Assembly (NCBI GenBank): GCA_951406725.2
Contig: OX597836.1
Span: 25,482,001-25,546,000, forward strand
DNA: 64,000 nucleotides
Source of the DNA: Octopus vulgaris
Lineage: Eukaryota
Direction of reading: 5' to 3'
Of this stretch, positions 53,225-64,000 are shown piece by piece. The translations under genes were made by a program, and so were the position numbers. The notes beneath the pieces are model-generated. The model ran no database searches. It was not told where the DNA came from and was given only the letters and a program-made list of their open reading frames with translations. Every line of letters begins with the position of its first letter. The first letter of the stretch is position 1.

Positions 53225-54985
53225 AACAAATGAAGGAAGGGGGCTGATAAGTGTGGAAGACTGCATGCGTATCGACCACGAGAGCTTAATGAGATACGAA
53301 GCCTGAAGTAAGGAAACCTTGCTAATGATAGTTAGGGAACGAGGGAGTATTGAGAACAGAGAGAAAAGGAAAAATGAAGGAAAGAGTACGAAAAGGACTT
53401 GAAGAAGCATTACGCAAGAAGGGACAACACAATTCCATGTAGCCAGAACAGAAGCTGCTAGAAAACACAGGTGAGATTGGCTGAAGAAGGGAACACTGAA
53501 AAAATGAAACTGAGAGCACTATACTAGCAGCGCAAGACCAAGCTTTGGCCACGAATTGGAGGGTTAACTTTAGGGATGAGCAAGTGTCTTCGTCGCTGTG
53601 CCGCATCTGTAATAGAGTGGAAGAAACCTATTTCTTTATTACCCACAAGGGGCTAAACACAGATGGGACGAACAAGGACAGACATAGGTATTAAGTCGAT
53701 TACATCGACCCCAGTGCGTAACTGGTACTTAATTTATCGACCCCAAAAGGATAAAAGGCAAAGTCAACCTCGGCGGAATTTGAACTCACAACGTAACGGC
53801 AGCCGAAATACCGCTAAGCATTTCGCCCGACGTGCTAACGATTCTGCCAGCTCGCCGCCTTTAGTGGAAGAAACCATTTCCCATATTACGAACGAACGCC
53901 CTAGACTTGCCCCAAACCATTACAAGTTGTGGCGACGCGGATCAGGTAGCGAAACTGCTACATTGGAAACTGTGCGAAAAGTGGGGTTAAAGAGAAGCAA
54001 GACGCGATATGAGCACAAATCGCAAAGAGTCGAGCAGTTAGAGACTTGTAAAATCCTTTGGGGTTACTCAATCCAAACAGATCAGGTGCTAGAGTACAAG
54101 AAACCGGACGTAGTGGAGGCAAACTGGCAGAAAACGGCGGCGAACTGGCAGAAAAAGGCGGCGAACTGGCAGAAAAAGGCGGCGAACTGGCAGAAAAAGG
54201 CGGCGAACTGGTAGAAAACGGCGGCGAACTGGCAGAAAAAGGCGGCGAACTGGCAGAAAAAGGCGGCGAACTGGCAGAAAAAGGCGGCGAACTGGCAGAA
54301 AAAGGCGGCGAACTGGTAGAAAACAGCGGCGAACTGGCAGAAAAAGGCGGCGAACTGGCAGAAAAAGGCGGCGAACTGGCAGAAAAAGGCGGCGAACTGG
54401 CAGAAAAAGGCGGCGAACTGGTAGAAAAAGGCGGCGAACTGGCAGAAAAAGGCGGCGAACTGGCAGAAAAAGGCGGCGAACTGGCAGAAAAAGGCGGCGA
54501 ACTGGCAGAAACGTTAGCACGCCGGGCGAAATGCGTAGCCGTATTTCGTCTGCCGTTACGTTCTGAGTTCAAATTCCGCCGAGTTCGACTTTGCCTTTCA
54601 TCCTTTCGGGGGCGATAAATTAAGTACCAGTTACGCACTGTGGTCGATGTAATCGACTTGATCCCTTTGTCTGTCCTTGTTTGTCCCCTCTATGTTTAGC
54701 CCCTTGTGGGTAATAAAGAAATAAGACGTACCACATGTGCTATATAGTTGATGTTGCATGTCCCATTAACTCACGAATAGTCAAGAACGAAGACTAAAAA
54801 ATAGATAAATACAACCCTCTTAAGTACAAAATAGCCCGGCTACGGAAAGTGAAGGAGGTGAAGATAGTGCCAATTATTGCTGGGTCCTTGGGAACAGTAT
54901 GAGAAGGCATCAAGAGGAATATAAAGGAAATCGGAATAGAGTGCCCAATAGAACTGTTACAAAAGGCTGTATTGACTATAAAGTA
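53225..54985 (+). mobile_element. RLE-type non-LTR remnant interrupted by two SINE insertions
   Basis: CRIC...EETISHI, KILWGYSIQTDQVLEYKKPDVV, IVDVACP, KIDKY and KIVPIIAGSLGTV; duplication agtggaagaaacc flanks the first SINE. Confidence 0.72.
54121..54510 (+). repeat. 21-bp minisatellite (ggcggcgaactggcagaaaaa) x ~18, an amplified SINE B 5' end
   Basis: Directly visible; the last unit continues into a full SINE B. Confidence 0.95.
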
Positions 54986-55132
54986 GATGTGCCACATAAA
55001 ATTGACGTACTATTGACCATAAACTAAATGTAGCCATATTGAGAGCCATCGGTAGTTCCATTAAATGGGAATGACTATGGCAGACGATCAAAATGATTAC
55101 ATGAAGGAAGGTCGCTTATGACATCGACTCAC

Positions 55133-55231
55133 CTTGTCTTTCATATGGATATCACATTTCATGGCAATTAATTTGAGAACAGCTTCTATACAACCATTGT
55201 CGGCTGCTAAATGAAGAGATGTACGGTCGTT
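55133..55231 (-). CDS. ANKDD1A: ANKDD1A-like gene, ankyrin exon (5'-most exon found): NDRTSLHLAADNGCIEAVLKLIAMKCDIHMKDK
   Basis: 99-nt phase 0/0 exon; acceptor ttttcag, donor gtgagt; ankyrin TxLHxAA motif; splices in frame to the next exon. Confidence 0.9.
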
Positions 55232-55623
55232 CTGAAAAATATAAGAAAATATGTTATAAATATGAGAAACATATGCAAAAATAGAGAAGTAAAGTCTGCA
55301 TAAAGCATTTTCTGATATATATATATATATACTTTATATAATTAGGGTTCAGTAAAAAAAAATTTACTTTACCACACACCGAACTTTTAGAAATACCAGC
55401 CAAAAAATTTAGCTATTTCCTCTACTATAAGAAAAGTCTCCCAGACAATGTATACTCAAAAATAATTCACGTAGGTATAGAGGGAAAAACAACGAAAGAT
55501 CACACGTACATCGATTACTTGAGAACGCCGTTTCTGGATTAGTTAGATATAGAGATGTTAGAAATACATACTCCTATCAACATTTCCGTCATCGGCCCAA
55601 GATTTCGTTAGGATTAAATTATT

Positions 55624-55716
<93 letters not shown>

Positions 55717-56027
55717 TATATATAAAATTTTTAAAGCTAAAAATAATGTAAGTTAGAAGAAATCGTCCCTTTCTATTGTAGGTGCAAAGATCGAAATTTT
55801 GGGGTTGGGGGTTAGTCGCTTACATCGACTCCAGTATTGGACTGGTACTTACTTCAACGATCCTGAAAGGGCGAAAGGCAAAGTAAGACTCAGCAGCAAT
55901 ATCTCAGAACGGAAAACCGGAAGAAATGCCGCTAAGCATTTTATCAGGTGCAGTAACAATTCTGTCACTTTGCAGCCTCAGAAGGAATAATACCAGTGGA
56001 TGGTTTGTGTTTTTATTTTGTATTTCA

Positions 56028-56151
<124 letters not shown>

Positions 56152-57221
56152 TGAGTCGAACGAATTGGTCCCAGCACTCACGTTTCTAAGCCTGGTACTT
56201 ATTCCATTGGTTACTTTTTGCTGAATTGCTAGATTAAGGAGACGTAAGCAAAGGAACTAACACCGGTTGTCGAGCAGAGGTGGAGAACAAATTGACACAC
56301 ACACATATACACAACGGGCTTCTTTCAGTTTCCGTCTTCCAAATCTACTCAAAAGGCTTTGGTGGGCCCGAGGCTATAGCAGAAGACATTTGTCCAAGAT
56401 GCTACGCTGTAAGACTGAGCCTAGAATCGTGTTGTTGGGAAGCAAGCTTCTTACCACGCAGCCACGCATACGGAAATCGCTTCTATCTAAATCCTATATT
56501 TTATTATCATCAGACTACAGGAATAGATGTTTCAGTTCTCGTTTTAACAAGATTAACCTCATGACGCCATTTGTTCTTTACACATTTCAACAACACAAGA
56601 CGCTCTTCGTCGAATAAAAACATAATAATCTCGCCAATAATCTCACAGTAGTGTTTATATAGAATTAATGATTAATGGGCGAAAAAATAGAATTGGCAAT
56701 GTCAGGACGAAATAAATTATACAAACGTATTCCCAAGTACCACGAAATATTTTTTTGAAATTTTATTTGGTTTTGCTAGATTAATTAATAATTTAGCAAA
56801 CGCTAACATTCTCGTGACTATCCCATATTTTGATCAAACAGTGACTACATCACGACTATATTATTTTATGGAGGTGCAATGGCCCAGTGGTTAGGGCAGC
56901 AGACTCGTGGTTATAGGATCGCGGTTTCGATTCACAGACTGGGCATTGTGAGTGTTCGTTGAGGGAAAACACCTAAAGCTCCACAAGGCTCCAGCATGGG
57001 ATTGTGGTGAACCTGCTGTACTATTTTACCAAAACTTTCTCCCACTCCTTCTTCCTGTTTCTGTTATATGGCGAGCGTCTTTCAGTTTCCGTCTACCAAA
57101 TCCACTCACAAGGCTTTCGTCAGACCAGGGCTATAAGTAGAAGACTCTTGCCCATGATGTCACGCAGTGGGACTGACCCGGAACCATGTACTTGGAAAGC
57201 TTCTTACCACACAGCCACGCC

Positions 57222-57253
<32 letters not shown>

Positions 57254-58789
57254 CTGTCTTCCCTTCTCTGGATCTTTCCTTCTCCTATGTTTCCGACGAA
57301 GAGCTCCGCTCGAAACGTTAAACCCTCCTTCTTTCCTTCTTTCATGAGCGTCCAATAATACTATATTTGTTTCACGTCCTCGCGTTGTTGTGTTTTTTTG
57401 TGTTTTCTTGTTTGGATTAACTTTATATATATATATATTTATATAATTAATCCTTTTACTCATTTCTTTTATCACATCATGTAAGGGCTACATAGCCCGA
57501 TGTAGGAGCCCCACTTTCATTTACTCCTGTATTATAAAAGGGATATTGGCATAAAAGGAGAAAACATGATCAACCACAGACACCATTACTGTCCTCCCGC
57601 CACCGAACAACGCTAACACATGTCAATGTGTGTCTGTCTGTATGTCCATCCATATAAAGGCTTCCGTTTCGCAAATTTCCATTCGCAAGACATTGATAAA
57701 AATCGACTCTACGGTAGAAACCTTTTCCCCAAACAGCTGCACAATGGGATTGAACCTGGAACCGCATGGTTGTGAAACAGACATCTTGACCATACAGCCA
57801 ATGCTTGCATCAGTTCCGTCACATCGAACTCCAAAAGCATTCTCTCCCTCACGTCTGTTGCAGATTTTTGCCACTGCAAATATCAACTCTGCTTCTACCA
57901 ACAATCGCCACCATCAATACCACTGGAGAAGCAAATTTCAGGAAGTTCGCTTTGTTCCCCACCACCATCACCACCACTACCATTACCATGACCTCCACCA
58001 CCACCACCACCACCACCACCACCACCACCACCACCACCATCACCACCACCACTGAGACCATTGACTTCAGCCACACACCGCCGCTTACGCGACAACCTAC
58101 TCACCATTAGTATCGCAATATCATGCCGCCACCGCTACCATCACAATCACCACCAGCAAAAACAACCACTACCACCACCACCACTACCACCGCAACCACC
58201 ATTACCACCACCACCACCACCAACACCACCAACACCACTATCACCCCCCACTACTACCATTACCATCACCACTACAAACACCGCCACCACCACCACAACC
58301 ACCGCGCCGCTGCCATCACTAAAACCACCACTAGCCCTCCATAAAACCGCCACCGTTTCTCTACCTACATAGTTTCGCCATTATTTCACACAGTCGTACT
58401 AGTTATTTCACCCCTGTCACTTTTGCTAAGAGCTTTTGTTTCTTAACGAACTGACCAAATCTCACAGACAAAAACGGACCACTTATTCTGCATCAGTTAC
58501 GTCTGGATATATCATCTGCTAACTTATTCTGCATCAGTTACGTCTGGAGAGATCGTCTGCACACTGGCTGAATGTCACGAGAGTCAAATATTGCAATGGC
58601 CGTCTAGCAGTTTCTCAAAGTAGAAAGATCAACCGAGTTAAAACCTGAAAAGTGATTCTTGCAGTCCACTTGCAGAAATAATTGCATCGTGATGCTCTGA
58701 CAGCCGACACAAGGTGCAGATACACGTATATAAATATACATATATGATATATATATATATATCTACATATCTATATGTTTATATATATG

Positions 58790-58853
<64 letters not shown>

Positions 58854-58946
58854 CAACTAACTTTTAAATTAGACAACTTCATATTTGTTGGATCTTGTTT
58901 TAAAGTAGACACGTTTACAATATTCACCTATAATCGATTTGTGTCT

Positions 58947-59048
<102 letters not shown>

Positions 59049-59527
59049 ATATTTGGTCGGTTACAGTTCAATAACTTGTAAACGGTTAAACGCCAGTACA
59101 TACGAACCTACACACGCATACACATAAAGGTTTTTAATTTTTTTTAACCAAAACCAATGCAAATTAAGCAGCATTTATATATCAGACAATGCTTCGCGCA
59201 AACTACGTTACTCTTGTATGCATACATGCATATTTATACATATAACTACACACACACACACATACAGTTATCTCTCTCTCTCTTGTATATATATATATAT
59301 ATATATATACATATACACATTCAAAATGTGACCTCGTGTGTACCGTTGGCGATTTTTTTCCTCTGTCTTCCCTTCTCTGGATCTTTCCTTTTCCTATGTT
59401 TCCGACGAAGAGCTCCGCTCGAAACGTTAAGCCCTCCTTCTTTCTGTCTTTCCTGAGCGTCCAATAATACTATATTTGTTTCCACGTCCTCGCGTTGTTG
59501 TGTTTTTTTGTGCTTTCTTGTTTGGAT

Positions 59528-59626
<99 letters not shown>

Positions 59627-59801
59627 TGTGTTGCAAAAGTGCTAACGCACGAAACTCTCGAACCTTGAGAGCTACAAAGCTGCTTCTAAATATATACGTG
59701 TGCATATGTGGTATCTGTAATATTTTAAATATATATACGTTTGTCTATGTATATGCATAGGTCTATGCATGTATGTATAATGGTGATACTGTCTAATCAT
59801 T

Positions 59802-59837
<36 letters not shown>

Positions 59838-60465
59838 ATAGTAGTAGTGTTTTAATATATCATAATGATTATTTATGGCGATATATTCTCCAATAATGAA
59901 AATACGTATCAGTCCGTTTGCTACAAAACGTCCATTGTTCGAATTCACGCAATAATAAAAGACTTTTGAAATTGAGAAATCTCCTATCTCTGATGGGGTC
60001 AGAGAGATTCCCATATATGTGTGTGTGTGTGTGTGCGTGAGCCAGTCTTTGTGTGTGTGTGTGTGCGTGTGAGCCAGTGTTTGTGTCTTTTGAATTTCAC
60101 CAGATTGGAATGAAATGGCGAAGTTCAGTGAATATAATGCAGTTTGTCAAAGAATTGAATGCAAACCTCTTCTCTGGAAGTTGGTGTCGTAAACGAGAGA
60201 ATAATTGCCTGTATACATTCGCATTCTACTAGACTTTTAATGTTGTAATTAATAATTTCCAAAAGCATTATTTATGTACTCGTATATGTTTGTATGTGTA
60301 TGACTGAGGCTATATGTATGTATGTATGTATGTATGTATTTATAAATGTATATATATATATCTATGTATACATTGGGTGTATTGTGCCGCCATGTGTGCA
60401 TATGTGGCACGTATACCCACATTAATGTTCGTAGATATATATGTGTTTACGAGTCGTTATTGGTA

Positions 60466-60547
<82 letters not shown>

Positions 60548-60959
60548 TGTATGTATGTATGTATGTATGTATGTATGTATGTATGTATGTTTGTATGTAT
60601 GTATGTATGTACGTGTGTATGTATGTATATATGTATGTATGTATGCATGTATGTATGTATGTGTGTATGTATGTATATATGTATGTATGCGTGCATGTAT
60701 GTATGTCTGTAAGTATGCATGCATGTATGTATGTATGCCTGTATACGTGCATGTATGTATGTAAGTATGTATGTATGTATGTATGTATGTATGTATGTAT
60801 GTATGTATGTATGTATGTATGTATGGAGGTATGCTCGCTTCTGTTTTTAATCATTTAAATTCTTCCTCTGAAGAAGGAACTGGTTTCCAACAAAGATATA
60901 AATCTCCATCGTTCGAATGTAAACAACAAAAGCAATTTCACATTTTAAACCTGAGAAAA

Positions 60960-62070
60960 GTCTTGCATACTCTTATTATTCCACTTACAGATTGTATTCA
61001 TAATGTGCGACACAGGAGGTTGATTTCGTTTTCTGAATACCCTAACTTACCTCGATTGTCACGTAAGCATTTATTCACAGAACTAAGCGCACACAACATT
61101 ATTGTTCTAAATTTACAATCTGGATATATAAGCTGGAGGGTTCGAAGCAGTTGTCCATCGGTATTATCTTCCTCTTGAAGGCGGCGAGCTGGCAGAAACG
61201 TTAGCACGCCGGGCGAAATGCTTTGCAGTATTTCGTCTGCCGCTACGTTCTGAGTTCAAATTCCGCCGAGGCCGCTTTGCCTTTCATCCTTTCGGGGTCG
61301 ATCAAATAAGTACCAGTTACGCACTGGGGGTCGATGTAATCGACTTAATCCGACTGTCTGTCCTTGTTTGTACCTTCTGTGATTAGCCCTTGTGGGTTGT
61401 AATGAAATAGGTATTTCGTCTGTCTTTATGTTCTGAGTTCAAATTCCGCCGAGGTCGCTTTGCCTTTCATCCTTTCGGGGTCAATTAATTAAGTACCAGT
61501 TACGCACTGGGGTCGATATAACCGACTTAATCCGTCTGTCTGTCCTTGTTTGTCCCCTCTATGTTTAGCCCCTTGTGGGTAGTAAAGAAATAGGTATTAT
61601 CTTCCTCTTTGATTTTCAAAGAGTTATTCACGCCAAAAGATGGTACACAGATTTTCTTGTCTCTTCCAAACAATATCTGGCCTGTTATGTTTACATTTGA
61701 TGGAAATGTTTCCTGTGTGACATTTTGGGGGGTAGCTGCTGATTAGATGTTTAATGACTTCGATATATTGACTGGCATAATCGATATTTTAGATCGTATC
61801 TTAGTGCTTTAAGGTCTTCACTGCCTCCAATATTCAACACACGTGTTCTGGCTGCCTGTTGTTGGAAACCTTGTGACGTGTTGCAACAGTTACGTGACTA
61901 ATAGATGCTGCGCTTCCTGTCTTTATATTTCACCATTCCTAGGTTTCGGCAAACATAACTATGCATGATCTTTTGCTGGTACTCAGAGCTTTAACCTCCA
62001 CTCCTTGATTCAGCAGTTTTAGAGGAGCATCGAAGTTCCCCAACAAGATGATCGCTATTGGTTTCAAACC
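60960..62070 (-). mobile_element. RLE-type non-LTR remnant interrupted by a dimeric SINE
   Basis: KCKHNRPDIV and QLLRTLQLIYPD motifs; target-site duplication ggtattatcttcctctt at about 61160 and 61593. Confidence 0.6.
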
Positions 62071-62251
62071 TCAAAATAGGAACACTTTATATTTTTATCC
62101 AGATGCTTTATTTTTTTCATTCCAGGCATAAAAATTGTGGCTTAGAAACGATCCTGGAGTTAATTACTAGTTCGTTAATATTGTTGTTTCGTTAGTATAC
62201 AACCCCATTCAAGGTTATTGCTTTATAATTATTTATTTCCATTCAAGAAAT

Positions 62252-62536
62252 CTGTGGTTCTCAACCGGCGTTCATATGACCTTTAGGGGTCCACATGGCC
62301 GTTGGGTGGGGCGTGGTGTCCATACGTGATTTTGTTGTTAAAAATTATGTACAATTAATTAATTGTACTTGTACAATACACGAAATATTTTAACAGGTTT
62401 TTTTAATATAATTCCGAACAATATCGAATTATAAAAATATAATAGGATTTTTGGGGCATCAAATGGCTTTGAGGGTCCAGCAGAGTAAAATAGGGAGCAA
62501 AGGGCTCCATAGGGGAAAAGGGTTGAGACCCATTGT
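62252..62536. mobile_element. hAT-type MITE with c(a/t)gtggttctcaacc termini; relatives at 35223-35760 and about 12040-12154
   Basis: ctgtggttctcaacc ... ggttgagacccattg terminal inverted repeats; CAGTGGTTCTCAACC is a typical hAT/Charlie terminus. Confidence 0.7.
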
Positions 62537-64000
62537 CTTAAAGTCCCATACATTTAAGTGGCACTTCGTCGGTTACGACGAAGAGGGTTCCGGTTGATCC
62601 GATCAACATAACTGCCTGCTCGTCAAATTAACGTGTAAGTGGCTGAGCACTCCACAGACACGTGTACCCTTAACGTAGTTCTCGGGGAGATTCAGCGTGA
62701 CACAGAGTGTGACAAGGCTGGCCCTTTGAAATACAGGTACAACAGAAACACGTAGAAAGAGTGAGAGAAAGTTGTGGTGAAAGAGTACAGCAGGGTTCGT
62801 CACCACACCCTGCCGGAACCACGTGGAGCATTATGTGTTTTCGCTCAATAAACACGCACAAAGCCCCGTCTGAGAATCGAAACCGCGATCCTATGCCCTA
62901 ACCACTGAGCCATTCCGCTTCCACATACATTTAAGTAAGTTACTTAATAACAGGTACATGGTCTTTGGATTTATTGCTCATCTTACATCCTATATAACGC
63001 TACCAATGTGTTTGATTCTTTGGTTGAGACTGTTGAGATTTTTGACAGTATTGTATTTTATTTATGTGGCTTATTTCATTGACCGGACCCACTGGTCTTA
63101 TTACCTTCCGTGTATAACACTGGTGTATATCTAATATTAGTCTTATGTCCTATAGATAACATTGGTGTTATATATAAGCTATAATACGAGTCTTGTGTCT
63201 TGTAACAGCAGCAGTATACAGACTGCTATCGATTGTGTTATTACATCATTTTATGTTATGTCTAACGATGTATCAGATAACTTTCACCAAGGGAATGAGT
63301 AATTTTTTTATGATGTCTATCATACGTGAAAGATGGTCTGTTGTCAAACTATAATTAAATTTGTGTTTATACATTTGATAAGATCAATATTTAATTAGAA
63401 ATCATTACACGGAGAAGGAAAAAAAACAAACAATACTAATTAATTGGTGATGTATATTTTATCATTTGGGTCTTAACATGCGCAGTTCAAATTCGCAGAG
63501 GTTAACTTTACCTTTCATTATTATTTCGATGCTATTAGGCCCCTTCAAGTATTAGGGTCGATGTAATCGAGTACCCTCCTTCCTCTGAAATTACTGTCCC
63601 TTCCCCCACAAAATTATTAAGGTGGCCAGTTGGCAGAATTTTGGTGCGTCGGACAAGTTGTTTAGCGGCATTTCTTCCGGCTTTACGTTCTGAGTTCAAA
63701 TTCCGCCGAGGTTGGCTTTGCCTTACATCCTTTAGGGGTCGATCAAAAGTAATAGTCGAGCACTAGGTTTGATGTAATCAAATAACCCACTCCCATCAAG
63801 TATTATTAGGCTTTGTGCCCAAATAAGAAATAATATTATGCATTCTATTTGCACCGTTTTGTTAAGACGAAAGGGCAGCGCCAACGGAATATGGTTTTTA
63901 GGGCGTTCAAGATCAGCAGTAGAAAGAAGGAAAGTTTCTGTTAAAGTGAAGATCTGGCCTTAACATTTTTCTACTAAATGGCGTTTGGTTAAAATATTAA

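Noticed and set aside
54058-54618. ORFs with (GGELAEK)n or (SASSPPF)n repeats
   Set aside because: Products of a 21-bp minisatellite derived from a SINE head inside a decayed retroelement

Overview
AT-rich, microsatellite- and SINE-dense animal genomic DNA; the repeat families suggest an octopod cephalopod (inference). Nearly all ORF-track entries are simple-repeat artefacts. Real coding content is split into short exons. (1) Ten minus-strand exons from 55231 down to 24608 splice into an open 362-aa C-terminal part of an ANKDD1A-like protein: 7 ankyrin exons, a death domain and a C-terminal CaaX box (CMIT*). Its 5' exons were not found in the window. (2) Two candidate plus-strand exons (3980-4214, 8762-8941) belong to an unidentified, possibly TPR-like gene converging on it. 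The rest is transposon material: a CR1/L2-type LINE RT, RTE, L1/Tx1-like and RLE-type LINE remnants, Helitron pieces including one complete 503-bp non-autonomous copy, Tc1 and mariner remnants, hAT-type MITEs, foldback elements and at least three SINE families. The most interesting signal is a tandem 352-bp repeat (6171-6855) in which each unit carries a textbook type I hammerhead ribozyme on the minus strand, the architecture of a retrozyme that could release a circular RNA. A covarying relative sits in sense orientation in the last intron of the ANKDD1A-like gene. A 4.8-kb satellite of ~70 palindromic units apparently grew out of a hAT MITE end by template switching. All analysis was done by eye; repeat boundaries are approximate.
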